The notes under the pieces are model-generated. The model was not told the DNA's origin and ran no database searches. It saw only the letters and a program-made list of their open reading frames with translations. A stretch of DNA of 60,936 nt, filler included. It is 5 parts of 5 records of this genome, joined end to end, with 100 filler letters (N's around TTAATTAATTAA, not from the genome) between each part and the next. Parts side by side here need not be neighbours in the genome. Positions count along the whole stretch, not along the records: positions 1 to 11,394 come from SRR31147125_8012; 4 more parts are not named here. One strand, written 5' to 3'. The translations under genes and the position numbers were made by a program. Every line of letters begins with the position of its first letter. Position 1 is the first letter of the stretch. Shown in pieces: positions 1 through 9,284 of the stretch.

Positions 1-91
1 CGAGATTGCCCCCGCCGGGGATAATCTCCTGTACTTTTTCCTTGAACGAACTCGTTCTCTTTCCTTTCACTTCAATGGTGGTTGTTGTCAT
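1..91 (-). CDS. 5' fragment of a gene running off the window, possibly an Fe-S-binding/Hdr-like protein
   Basis: AAGGA RBS then ATG; reads MTTTTIEVKGKRTSSFKEKVQEIIPGGGNL to the edge. Product is a guess from resemblance to segments preceding CxxCxxC motifs in Desulfobacterota. Confidence 0.35.
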   Translation of the reverse strand, partial: MTTTTIEVKGKRTSSFKEKVQEIIPGGGNL

Positions 92-150
92 CGTGTTATC
101 CTTCAGATTCTTGAATGACGCCTGGTTCCCTGCCGCCTACAAACAATTAC

Positions 151-417
151 TCACTGATCCATCTGCCCGGCTCCCGCTATCTTCTCGATCAGCACCTTGT
201 AAAATCCATCCTCGTCCTCACTCTCATCAGATTTTATCACCCGGTAAGAAGCGGCGGGAAGGATCTTGAACAGGTCCTGCCTGGTCTCCACATCCGCCCC
301 CTTGATCTCCAGCACCTCCGAAGCATTCATCCCTTCAAATATCTGGGTGATCTTCAGCAGCGAAAACCAGGACACGAAGTTTCGCAGGTCCATCACGATA
401 TGAGACTGTTCAGACAC
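151..417 (-). CDS. TusA/SirA-fold small protein lacking the catalytic CPxP cysteine
   Basis: MDLRNFVSWFSLLK...EVLEIKGAD...DLFKIL follows the TusA pattern; GTG start with GAGGTG RBS; no Cys in the protein. Confidence 0.6.
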   Translation of the reverse strand: MSEQSHIVMDLRNFVSWFSLLKITQIFEGMNASEVLEIKGADVETRQDLFKILPAASYRVIKSDESEDEDGFYKVLIEKIAGAGQMDQ

Positions 418-462
418 CGGTTACACCTCGCACATGAATCATTTACACATGAAGCGATCTGC

Positions 463-478
463 TACAAAAAACGGACCA
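463..478 (-). promoter_or_regulatory. putative sigma54 -24/-12 promoter for the tusA-like operon
   Basis: Minus strand TGGTCCGTTTTTTGTA (GG-N10-GT variant), divergent from a sigma54 activator gene. Confidence 0.4.
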
Positions 479-632
479 GATTTACACCGATTTCATTGAC
501 GGAAGATCGACCCCTCAGCCTTACTCCGTTATTACGCGGTTTTAGGGTCATATTTTTTCTATTCGAGCATATTTCGGATCTTATTAAAGTCTGGTATGAT
601 GGGGGCCGTTTTGCTGTTTCGTACCTATCTGG

Positions 633-648
633 TGTTAAAGTGTTAACA
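633..648. promoter_or_regulatory. palindrome, candidate enhancer (UAS) for the adjacent sigma54 activator
   Basis: Perfect TGTTAA-N4-TTAACA; related TGCTAA-N3-TTAACA at 665-679. Confidence 0.35.
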
Positions 649-688
649 GCAGGCAGTTAACATATGCTAAGGCTTAACAGGTGATGCA

Positions 689-2077
689 ATGATCGGTCGT
701 GAACTTGACGGATACTGGAAGACCGTGGTAAACACGATCCGCGACGGCATCATGATCATCAATACGGGCGGTGCTATCGTCTCCGTCAACCGGGCCTGTG
801 AGGAGATAACCGGATACAGCCGGGAGGAACTGATCGGGGAGCACTGCTCTCTTCTCGATAACAACCTCGAAGAGCATACCCCGAGGTTCAGCGATTTCCA
901 GACGGACAGCGACGCTCCGCAAAACGAGTCCGAACAGTACCAGTGCCTGGTAAAAAGAAAAGACGGCTCACTGGTCCACACGATGAAATCCACCGCCATC
1001 CTCCGCGACAGTGAAGGAAACGCACTCGGTCGCGTCGGGACAATCACCGACCTCAGCGAGCTCGTAGAAAAGGAGAACCTGCTCGAAGCATACCGCAAGC
1101 ATTTGCACGACCAGGATGACTTTCACGGAATCGTCGGAACCTCCGTGGCGATGCAGCAGGTGTTCGATATCATCGACAACGCGGCACGCTCCGACGCGCC
1201 GGTGATCATCTACGGCGAAAGCGGGACCGGCAAGGAACTTGTCAGCCGCGCTATCCATGAGATCGGCACGAGAAAAGACAAGCCGTTTATCAAAGTGAAC
1301 TGCGCAAGCCTCACTGAATCCCTGCTGGAAAGCGAGCTTTTCGGTCACGTGCGCGGAGCCTATACCGGCGCGTACAAGGACCGGGTCGGACGGTTTGAGA
1401 AGGCGAACGGCGGGGACCTCTTCCTGGACGAGATAGGCGACCTGCCGATGTCGACCCAGATCAAGCTGCTGCGCGTACTCGAGGAGAAGGTTATCGAGCG
1501 GGTAGGCTCGTCCACGCCGATACGGACCGATGTGCGCATCATCTCCGCGACCAACCAGGACCTGCCCGATCTCGTTGAAAGCGGGCTGTTCAGAAACGAT
1601 TTTTACTTCAGGATCAACGTCATCCCCATCTTCCTGCCGCCGCTCCGTGAACGCTCCGAGGACATTCCGCTCTTGGTCGAATCGTTTTTTCGCACCCTGT
1701 CGCTGAAGAGTACCAAGTCCATTGACGGCATCCACGAAGACACCATGGAGTTGATGATGAACTACCGCTGGCCGGGCAACATCAGGGAACTGCGGGCCGC
1801 ACTTGAGTACGCGTTCGTGACCTGTCACGCCGGCCCCATCTACCCCAACCACCTGCCTGAAACCATCTCGCGCAAGCATCAGAAGACGCCGCCGGCAAAA
1901 ACCAGCGACTTCAATCTTCATGAAATCGAGCGGCAGGAACTCATCGAAGCTCTCGAGAAATCGGGCGGCAATCAGTCGCAAGCGGCAAAACTGCTCGGCA
2001 TCTCCCGGGTAACCGTATGGAATCGCATGAAACGGTTCAACCTCAAGGCGAGAAAGAATATCGTCACATCCAGATAA
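689..2077 (+). CDS. PAS-domain sigma54-dependent Fis-family transcriptional activator
   Basis: N-terminal PAS, Walker A GESGTGKE, ESELFGH-GAYTGA loop, LFLDEIGD, WPGNIREL, C-terminal HTH. Confidence 0.95.
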   Translation: MIGRELDGYWKTVVNTIRDGIMIINTGGAIVSVNRACEEITGYSREELIGEHCSLLDNNLEEHTPRFSDFQTDSDAPQNESEQYQCLVKRKDGSLVHTMKSTAILRDSEGNALGRVGTITDLSELVEKENLLEAYRKHLHDQDDFHGIVGTSVAMQQVFDIIDNAARSDAPVIIYGESGTGKELVSRAIHEIGTRKDKPFIKVNCASLTESLLESELFGHVRGAYTGAYKDRVGRFEKANGGDLFLDEIGDLPMSTQIKLLRVLEEKVIERVGSSTPIRTDVRIISATNQDLPDLVESGLFRNDFYFRINVIPIFLPPLRERSEDIPLLVESFFRTLSLKSTKSIDGIHEDTMELMMNYRWPGNIRELRAALEYAFVTCHAGPIYPNHLPETISRKHQKTPPAKTSDFNLHEIERQELIEALEKSGGNQSQAAKLLGISRVTVWNRMKRFNLKARKNIVTSR

Positions 2078-2351
2078 TCCAGTAAATTGCGGTGAGAACA
2101 GCGGCGGCGACGTAGCAGTTGAGCACCACGATGGAGCCGAAGACGGAATGCCAGAAAAGCGTGACCCGCTGCCCGAAGGTCGCCGTACCCTCCCTGATCA
2201 TCCTCTCCTCGTAGCTGCACTCCGCATCCCTCTTGCTCCGATAGAACGACGCGGTAAAGGCAGCCAGCCCCGCATAGCAGAACGCGACGACAATAAACGC
2301 CGTAAGGTAGGTTATGGCAAGCTCGGTTGCCTGCACGACGGGCAATCTCAT
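2064..2351 (-). CDS. small two-TM membrane protein, hypothetical
   Basis: 95 aa with two hydrophobic helices, directly downstream of the SpoIIE gene. Confidence 0.5.
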   Translation of the reverse strand: MRLPVVQATELAITYLTAFIVVAFCYAGLAAFTASFYRSKRDAECSYEERMIREGTATFGQRVTLFWHSVFGSIVVLNCYVAAAVLTAIYWIIWM

Positions 2352-2362
2352 GGGAAGGCTGC

Positions 2363-3973
2363 TCAGAAAGCCTCCGTAGTCTTGACGACAATGAGGGTGA
2401 CATCGTCCTCAACGACCCCTCCTGCCTGGAACACGCGGAGGGCTTCTATGATTGTATCGAGTATGGCCTGGGCGCTGAGATCGGCATGCTCCCTGAGAAC
2501 CGAATAGATCACCTCCTTGCCGAACATCTCACCATCCGGGTTGCGTGCTTCCCAGATGCCGTCCGTGCCCAACAGGACAATCTGTCCTGCACGCAGGTCT
2601 CCCCGAAGGTTCTCGGTAAATGCGTAGTCCTCATCCACCCCGAGGGCGATCCCCGCCCCCTTCAGCTCGATTATTTCCGATGTTTCCGGGTCGTAAAGGA
2701 TGGCAGGGTCGTGGCCCGCCCTCACCCAGTGCAGACACGCACCCGCCTTATCTATCATCAGGTAGAACATGGTCATGAACGAGCCGCTGTCAGCCACGTC
2801 GCGTGACAACTGGCGGTTCACGTCGGAAATAATCTCGGCCGTCGTTCCGGGCAGTGCCGCCCGCTGGCGTAGAAACGCCCGGGTCGTCGCCATCAGCAGC
2901 GCCGATGAGACACCGTGGCCGGACACATCGCCGATAACGACGTCTATCCGTGCTCCGCCAAAGCGCTTGAACTCGATGAAGTCATAGTAGTCGCCGCCGG
3001 TTTCATCGCAATAGAGGGACGTTCCAGCGATATCGAGGCCCTCCACCGACGGTGCGGCCCGGGGCAGCAAATTCTGCTGCACCTCTTTGGCAACCTCCAG
3101 CGAGCGCTGCATCTGCTCTCGCTGGCGGAGCCCGTCGACCATGCCGTTGAACGAACGTGTCAGTGCGCTGATCTCATTGCTGCCTTTTGGTTTGATATGG
3201 GTATCCAGATCTCCGGATGCAACCCGGTCGGCGCCTTCATGAAGGGATATGACCGGGGAGATGATCGACCATCTGATAAAAAGCATGATCCCCAGGATAA
3301 GCAGAAACGTGGCAAGCGTTATCCCCAGCATCACGCGCTGGGAAAATTTCTTATACTCCGTGTGGATGAGCTCAAGCGTGCGTTCGACGCTGATGACCAG
3401 TTTGATAACGGCCACCAGTTCTTCGCTCTGCCGCTTTTTGATCGGGTAGAACGCCTCGATGACACGCACCTCAGGCTGGCCTTCCTCCATCTTGAGCGTC
3501 CGCACCTCACGCGTCACCAGCGGCCTTCCGGTATCGATCACCGTCTGGAAATCCGGCGGTATTGCCTGATGCTCGTCCTGCATCCTCCGTTCCGGTCTTG
3601 AAACGGTCCCATCAGGATTCTGTCTCTTGTGCTCGATAATCGTCCCGTCCGGTGCCCGAACCATTACCGCTACAACGTGAAAATTCAGGTTGTCACGTAT
3701 GAATTCAGCCTGATCATGGAACAGGTCGACGAGGCTCGTCGTGTTTTTCTCCATCACGAGCCTGCGTACCGACGTCTCCATGGACGACAGGAAAATCGTT
3801 GCTTTATTTTCTACTTCATTGAGGGCGATCTTCCTCATGTTATCTTTGTATATCTCAACACTTAGCAACAGAGACGCGATGGACAGACCGACAATGATCA
3901 GTACGGCCTGAACGGCGACATTGTTGAGATATCTAAAAGGGTTTTTACGACCCATGGATGACGACGCCCTCAT
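2363..3973 (-). CDS. membrane sensor with HAMP and SpoIIE/RsbU PP2C phosphatase domains
   Basis: Two TMs, HAMP, GGDYYD, GDVSGHG, TDGIWEA and DDVTL motifs. Confidence 0.92.
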   Translation of the reverse strand: MRASSSMGRKNPFRYLNNVAVQAVLIIVGLSIASLLLSVEIYKDNMRKIALNEVENKATIFLSSMETSVRRLVMEKNTTSLVDLFHDQAEFIRDNLNFHVVAVMVRAPDGTIIEHKRQNPDGTVSRPERRMQDEHQAIPPDFQTVIDTGRPLVTREVRTLKMEEGQPEVRVIEAFYPIKKRQSEELVAVIKLVISVERTLELIHTEYKKFSQRVMLGITLATFLLILGIMLFIRWSIISPVISLHEGADRVASGDLDTHIKPKGSNEISALTRSFNGMVDGLRQREQMQRSLEVAKEVQQNLLPRAAPSVEGLDIAGTSLYCDETGGDYYDFIEFKRFGGARIDVVIGDVSGHGVSSALLMATTRAFLRQRAALPGTTAEIISDVNRQLSRDVADSGSFMTMFYLMIDKAGACLHWVRAGHDPAILYDPETSEIIELKGAGIALGVDEDYAFTENLRGDLRAGQIVLLGTDGIWEARNPDGEMFGKEVIYSVLREHADLSAQAILDTIIEALRVFQAGGVVEDDVTLIVVKTTEAF

Positions 3974-3996
3974 GAATATTCTTCTTGGAGCTGGAG

Positions 3997-4890
3997 TTAC
4001 TGCTCCTTCTGTTCATTAACGATCTCGACGATGATTTCATAGATCTGCATCGGCCCGGTGCCCATCTCCTCCGCCAGATCCTTGAGTTGCTGTTCGGAAT
4101 CTACCTTCATCCCTTTCTTCTCAAGTTCAGTCACGACCATCGTGCAGTCCTGTTCGATTTCCTCGCAGAGTTGCGCAATAGTCTTTTTCCCCATACCCGA
4201 CTTAGGTACTTTCACTCCATCAACGACTGCCTCCGGGTGCTCGATTCCTTCGGTGCCGGTGCCGGTGCCGGTAGTGGTATCGGTTGCCTGGCGAGTCGCA
4301 GGTTTAATAATATCATAAATCTCCTGGGGAGTCTTTTTACTTCGCGCGGCAATATCCTGAATCATCTCCTTTTCACTGGGCACCTCAATTCCTGCCGCCT
4401 CAAGGAGTTCCGTACTTTTTGCAAGATCCAGCCCCATCCGGGACGTAAAGCCCTGCAGCGAGGAAGATTGGGCCTGCCCATACGGAGGATCGCCGTACTT
4501 GGACGCAGCGCCCTCTTTGATCTGCTCAGAAAAATCGACGATGGTGATGATCGGCGGCACATGATAAAAGGTGCCTACCACAAAGATTGCGGTCAGCAGA
4601 AACCCAACCGTGGACGCACCGGAAAACAGCCTGAAACTCTTCGCCTTGTTCTTCATATAATTCATGATCGGCTTCCAGTTCAGATAGATGTGCAGGAGAC
4701 CGACGAACACGAACAGGAACCCGACCGTGGTATGCTGCGCGGACCAGTCATGTTTGGTCAGCCCCCAGAATTTCCAGACCGCCCAGTTTGAAATCCTTCC
4801 CTCGGGAACCACATAGAGGACAACAGAGTTAAAGGTTAAGACAATCAGGGACCACGCGAGGGTCATAGACGTAATCTTTCGGAGGGTCAT
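3997..4890 (-). CDS. DUF4405 domain membrane protein (cytochrome b-like, two His)
   Basis: WGLTKHDWSAQH and LHIYLNWKPIMNY motifs; soluble C-terminal domain. Confidence 0.8.
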   Translation of the reverse strand: MTLRKITSMTLAWSLIVLTFNSVVLYVVPEGRISNWAVWKFWGLTKHDWSAQHTTVGFLFVFVGLLHIYLNWKPIMNYMKNKAKSFRLFSGASTVGFLLTAIFVVGTFYHVPPIITIVDFSEQIKEGAASKYGDPPYGQAQSSSLQGFTSRMGLDLAKSTELLEAAGIEVPSEKEMIQDIAARSKKTPQEIYDIIKPATRQATDTTTGTGTGTEGIEHPEAVVDGVKVPKSGMGKKTIAQLCEEIEQDCTMVVTELEKKGMKVDSEQQLKDLAEEMGTGPMQIYEIIVEIVNEQKEQ

Positions 4891-4944
4891 AGGTTTCCTC
4901 TTATCTTTATTTTGATTGGTTAAAAACTTTCAAAACAACTTAAT

Positions 4945-4960
4945 CCAATAATCATGCCAA
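4945..4960 (-). promoter_or_regulatory. putative sigma54 promoter of the DUF4405 gene
   Basis: Minus strand TTGGCATGATTATTGG (TGGCA -24 box, TTGG at -12). Confidence 0.5.
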
Positions 4961-5092
4961 CGTCTGGAGTAAATAATTAAATTATTAATTACCCTCTCCG
5001 CCGCCGGACACCACCCATGATAGAGCAGGCCTCCTGTGGTTCACCAGGATGAAACGCACATGAATGAACACCTCATTGACCGACCGAACGGT

Positions 5093-5138
5093 GAGTAATT
5101 TCTACACAGCCCTCATCCCCGGTGTGTAAAAAGTGCCC
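5093..5138. promoter_or_regulatory. paired inverted enhancer sites, ZraR-like UAS
   Basis: GAGTAATTTCTACAC (5093-5107) and GTGTAAAAAGTGCCC (5124-5138) match 11/15 as an inverted pair, about 90 bp upstream of a sigma54 promoter. Confidence 0.5.
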
Positions 5139-5225
5139 GTCTCCATCCTGTCCATTGAGTATAAGGAGACAACTGAAAACGCACATATAATACAATTACG
5201 AACACTTACACGATTGTTTTTTTTC

Positions 5226-5241
5226 AGGCACACCGGTTGCA
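5226..5241 (+). promoter_or_regulatory. sigma54 promoter of the zraP-like gene
   Basis: AGGCACACCGGTTGCA, canonical GG-N10-GC. Confidence 0.7.
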
Positions 5242-5294
5242 ATTATCAGGGCAAAGGCATCATCCACCAACCCCAAACCGATAAGGAGTTAGCC

Positions 5295-5831
5295 ATGAAA
5301 AAGCAGATTCTGACAACCACATTGATCGCAGCAATCGCAATCGGAACCGCAGCCACCGTCGCATCCGCCAACTGGGGACAGCGCGGCGGCGGAGGTTACT
5401 GGAATAATAATTACCAGAATGGAGGCCCGGCAATGCAGATGCAGTACAACCAGGCTCCCGGCCCCCGTATGCAGATGCAGGTCCAACAGCTCGATCCGGC
5501 TGTAAAGGAAAAACTTGATCAATTTTTTGCCGACACCCAGGATCTTCATAAGCAGATCGTCACCAAACGTGCCGAAGAGTTGGCCCTGATGAGAAGTGAA
5601 AATCCCGATCCGGGAGCAGCCGCCAAACTCGCAGGTGAACTCTTCGACCTGCGCGCCACCATTCGCCAGAAAGCGGAAGAAGCCGGAGTTGCTGAATACC
5701 TCGGCCCTCAGGGTCCCCGCGGCGGCAGGGATTTCGGTCCCGGACGCCAGGGTATGAGAGGCGGCAACAAAGGCGGGCGCGGAATGAACAACATGCAGAA
5801 TAATTTCGGTCCGAGAGGTTACTGGAACTAG
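5295..5831 (+). CDS. periplasmic ZraP/Spy/CpxP-family protein
   Basis: AAGGAG RBS, signal peptide, Gly/Met-rich ends, helical core LHKQIVTKRAEELALMRSENPD...LAGELFDLR. Start moved from the track's 5133 to ATG 5295. Confidence 0.8.
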   Translation: MKKQILTTTLIAAIAIGTAATVASANWGQRGGGGYWNNNYQNGGPAMQMQYNQAPGPRMQMQVQQLDPAVKEKLDQFFADTQDLHKQIVTKRAEELALMRSENPDPGAAAKLAGELFDLRATIRQKAEEAGVAEYLGPQGPRGGRDFGPGRQGMRGGNKGGRGMNNMQNNFGPRGYWN

Positions 5832-5847
5832 AGTCCCCTTCCCTCCC

Positions 5848-5888
5848 CCTCCTCTGTCGGCAGCAGGTTACCGGCAGAGGGGGTTTCT
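5848..5888 (+). terminator. hairpin, probable intrinsic terminator
   Basis: CCTCTGTCGG/CCGGCAGAGG stem followed by TTTCT. Confidence 0.5.
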
Positions 5889-6045
5889 CCCGGACACCTC
5901 CCCGGGCGTGTGCGCGCAGCTCTATGAATATTGTGCGGCCGACGACCTCGCAGAACTCCTGCGTTCCCGATCTTATGAAGGCCGTACCGGGACAAACCTG
6001 GTACGGCCTTTCTATCTTGAAATCCCTTACCGATCTCCTCCGGGT

Positions 6046-6219
6046 TTACTTCGAACCTCCCTGCGAGAGGGACTCCATCACCCGATCCAGGCTGAAGCTC
6101 ACGGCTTTCTGACTCGGTGGAAGCTCCTTGAATGTTTCCAGAAACTGACCGACATACGCCTGTGCCGGAACCAGCAGGCACGCCCGATCCAGCAGCCAGT
6201 CGTAATAGGTGTTCGATGT
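6046..6219 (-). pseudogene. 3' remnant of an arylsulfatase gene
   Basis: TSNTYYDWLLDRACLLVPAQAYVGQFLETFKELPPSQKAVSFSLDRVMESL is a characteristic arylsulfatase C-terminus; the rest of the gene is absent. Confidence 0.8.
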
Positions 6220-6367
6220 CCACCACACCGATGCGGAGCGGGAGTGGGCCTACGATCGCGACTCCCACATCGGCCGTCTCGACAAAGGCTTTGCAGAAGC
6301 GGAAAAAAACGGCTGGACCATCGTTGGCATGAAGAAAGACTGGAAGGTTATCTACCCGTTTGAATAG
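6218..6367 (+). pseudogene. 3' remnant of a HAD-family (nonspecific acid phosphatase-like) hydrolase gene
   Basis: Hand-translated VHHTDAEREWAYDRDSHIGRLDKGFAEAEKNGWTIVGMKKDWKVIYPFE*; in-frame TAA TAG just upstream. Confidence 0.8.
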
Positions 6368-6419
6368 CACGAGCCTGAATATATCCAGGCTGGCGCCTCA
6401 TTCACCGTAATCGGGTGAA

Positions 6420-7835
6420 CTAATCCTTACCGGGCCTGTGCGGAACCAGAACCGTACCCCGAAACCAGGAGAAGTAGACGCCGACCACACAGAGTGCGGT
6501 CGATATCATAAAGACGATGCGCAGGGAGGTCAGGAAAAACGGGTATTTATCGGGGGTGATCACTTCCCGCCCGACGACCATTGCCAGTACGACCGTAGCG
6601 ATCGCCATACTTGTCATCTGCCCGAGCAGCCGCATGGTGGACACGGTCCCCGACGCGAGGCCGTAGTGTCTCGGCGCAACCGTCCCCATAATTGCAGTCA
6701 TATTGGGTGAGCTGAACAACGCAAACCCGATGCCCATGAAAAAGAGGTTGGCTGTGATCAGGTACACCCCGGTATCCACCCCGATAAGTGAAAAGAGGAA
6801 CACACCGATCACGGTCATTCCCATTCCTGCCGTTGCCAGCAGGCGGGGTTCGATGCGATCGGAGAGTCTGCCCACGAGCGGCGACAGCACCGCCATCATA
6901 ACCGGCTGGACCATCAGGACCGTACCGGCGCTTCTCGGGTCCATCCCTTTTATATACTGCAGGTAGAGGCTGATCAGGAAGGTAACGGAGAAGGTCGTCG
7001 AGTAGTTGAGCAGGGCCGCCATACTGGAAAACGTAAATGGCCTGTTCGCTGCAAAAAGGCTCACATCAAATACCGGAAACCGCGCCTTCAGTTGCGAGCG
7101 GAAGAAGACGACAAGTAGGACGATGCCCGCTATCACGAGCATCACGCCGATCATTTCCGGGAGCCGTGTCGCCCCATATACCAGGGCCAGAATGGAAACG
7201 GCATACAGAGCACACCCACCGATATCAAACTGCTGCCCGGGCTCCCCTTTCCATTCCCCTTTGAGGAAATACAACGTCGTCAACAGTGAAAAGAGACCAA
7301 ACGGCAGCATGATAAGAAAAATCGAACGCCACCCGAAATAGCTGGTCAGCAGCCCGCCGAAAAAGGGTCCGGCCGACAGGCCGACGTAAACGGCTGATAC
7401 GTAGAGCCCGAGAGCCCGGCCGCGACGGTTCGGTGGGAAAATAGATGTGAGAATTGCCATACCGGTAGTGACGAACATCGACGCACCAAGCCCCTGCAGG
7501 ACCCGCATGGCGATCAGCACTGATGGCGTCGAGACGAATGCGGTGACGACAGATGTCACCGTATAGATCACGAGGCCCCAGGCGAACACTTTTTTCCGGC
7601 CCGATATGTCGGCGATTTTGCCGGCTGGTACCAACCCGATTGCAATTGCGAGCAGGTAGGAAGTCGCGATCCAACTGAGCTGTACCGCATTCATATTGAG
7701 TTCAGCCTGGATGTTCGGCAAGGCCACGTTGACCGAAGACATCATGAACGGTCCCATAAATGAGGTCAACGTCGTAACGATCAAAGCTGATCGCTCAAGT
7801 GACGGGGTTCGTTCGCTGGTATCAACCGGTTTCAT
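6420..7835 (-). CDS. MFS drug-efflux transporter, DHA2/EmrB-like
   Basis: About 14 TMs, SSVNVALP, motif A GKIADISGRKK, GPFFGGLLT. Confidence 0.92.
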   Translation of the reverse strand: MKPVDTSERTPSLERSALIVTTLTSFMGPFMMSSVNVALPNIQAELNMNAVQLSWIATSYLLAIAIGLVPAGKIADISGRKKVFAWGLVIYTVTSVVTAFVSTPSVLIAMRVLQGLGASMFVTTGMAILTSIFPPNRRGRALGLYVSAVYVGLSAGPFFGGLLTSYFGWRSIFLIMLPFGLFSLLTTLYFLKGEWKGEPGQQFDIGGCALYAVSILALVYGATRLPEMIGVMLVIAGIVLLVVFFRSQLKARFPVFDVSLFAANRPFTFSSMAALLNYSTTFSVTFLISLYLQYIKGMDPRSAGTVLMVQPVMMAVLSPLVGRLSDRIEPRLLATAGMGMTVIGVFLFSLIGVDTGVYLITANLFFMGIGFALFSSPNMTAIMGTVAPRHYGLASGTVSTMRLLGQMTSMAIATVVLAMVVGREVITPDKYPFFLTSLRIVFMISTALCVVGVYFSWFRGTVLVPHRPGKD

Positions 7836-8158
7836 CTACTCCCACCCGGGATATACTCATTGATCTGAAATATGACGCGTTTCCTTGTTTGTTTACCAGA
7901 TATCTGCGACTGTATAAACTACCAACTGGAACAGCCGGGTCAATATGACGCGAACCATCCTCCGGTAAATTAACTATCCTAGAGGGAGGACCTTACATTA
8001 TCCTTATTTATCAAAGTGTTAAAGAGAAACGGAGCGGTACGGAACACCGTTCGAATGATGTCTATACTGCAATGTCACTTGACAATGGCAAAATGTTATG
8101 TCATTGACTTTGTTGATTAAATGAAATCAATGAAGACAAAAACGAGAGAGGTGAACAG

Positions 8159-9169
8159 ATGAAAAGCAGGGTTTCATTCCTAAGTGCTGCGGCCGGTGCC
8201 GTCCTCATGCTTGCCGCTTCAGCTCCGAATGCATGTGCAAAAGCCATCGAACTGACCTACGCCAACTTCTTCCCCCCGTTTCACATCCAGTCCCAGCTTG
8301 CCGAATCGTGGTGCCGCGAAGTGGAAAAACGGACGGAAGCTCAGGTCAAGATAAACTACTATCCGGGAGGAACGCTGACCAAGGCACCCCAGACCTACGA
8401 CAGCGTCGAGCAGGGCATCGCCGATATCGGTATGTCGGTACTCGCCTATTCCCGCGGGAGATTTCCGATTCTCGGAACGGTCGATCTGCCGATGGGATAC
8501 CCCAACGGGGTGGTGGCCACAGAGATCGCCAACGGCGTGCTGAGCACGTTCAATCCGAAGGAGTTCGATACTACCCGGATCATGTATCTGCATGCGCACG
8601 GTCCCGGACTGATTCACACCCGCGACAAGGAAGTTCGGACACTTGACGATCTGCAGGGACTCAAGATCCGCTCCACCGGTATGAGCGCCGTTCTCTCCAA
8701 GGCACTGGGCGCGACACCGGTCAGCATGGGCATGCCCGATGCATACCAGAGCCTGCAGAAGGGAGTGGTCGACGGCTGTGCGCACCCGCTCGAGTCGAAC
8801 AAGGGATGGAAGCTGGCAGACGTGCTCGAGTACGTGGTCGACGAGAGCTCGGTCGCCTACACCACCACCTTCTTCGTCACGATGAACAAGATGAAATGGG
8901 ACTCATTGTCTCCGGAGATCCAGCAGATCATCTCCGAAATCAACGCGGAATGGTCAGTCAAGCACGGCGAGGCATGGGATTCAAGTGATGCGGAAGGCAG
9001 GAAGCTCTTCTCCGAAAAAGGTCGCCAAATCATCACGCTCGACCCCGAGGAAGCCAAGAAATGGCAGGAGGCAGTGAAGCCGGCCATAGACAACTATTCT
9101 GCAGATCTTGACAAAAAGGGTTTCAACGGTAAGGAAATCATCGATTATATAGACAGTATGCTCAAATAG
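8159..9169 (+). CDS. dctP: TRAP transporter substrate-binding protein
   Basis: Signal peptide, YPGGTL, DLQGLKIR, YQSLQKGVVDG. Confidence 0.93.
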   Translation: MKSRVSFLSAAAGAVLMLAASAPNACAKAIELTYANFFPPFHIQSQLAESWCREVEKRTEAQVKINYYPGGTLTKAPQTYDSVEQGIADIGMSVLAYSRGRFPILGTVDLPMGYPNGVVATEIANGVLSTFNPKEFDTTRIMYLHAHGPGLIHTRDKEVRTLDDLQGLKIRSTGMSAVLSKALGATPVSMGMPDAYQSLQKGVVDGCAHPLESNKGWKLADVLEYVVDESSVAYTTTFFVTMNKMKWDSLSPEIQQIISEINAEWSVKHGEAWDSSDAEGRKLFSEKGRQIITLDPEEAKKWQEAVKPAIDNYSADLDKKGFNGKEIIDYIDSMLK

Positions 9170-9196
9170 TCGTTACCCCTTTCAGCAAACCACTAC

Positions 9197-9240
9197 AATC
9201 GGCCCGCGCTGACCACTCATGCACAGAGCGGGCCGATTTT
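9197..9240 (+). terminator. intra-operon hairpin after dctP
   Basis: AATCGGCCCGC...GCGGGCCGATTTT. Confidence 0.55.
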
Positions 9241-9284
9241 CGGTAACCTGACCAGACAACAAGATCCCACTCATCTATACCAGT

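Noticed and set aside
601-615. GG-N10-GC sigma54-like element upstream of the activator gene
   Set aside because: The -24 box lacks the TGGCAC context and may be a chance match.
968-1981. Long antisense or alternate-frame ORFs (also 2915-3601, 3985-4791, 10618-11265, 40684-41421, 44506-45111)
   Set aside because: Shadows of well-supported genes in GC-richer DNA, with no recognisable motifs.
4252-4272. GGTGCC tandem repeat
   Set aside because: Encodes a Thr-Gly linker within the DUF4405 protein; not a CRISPR or mobile repeat.
7869-7952. 11-bp direct repeat AATATGACGCG, two copies 73 bp apart
   Set aside because: Only two copies, and no known motif or element lies between them.
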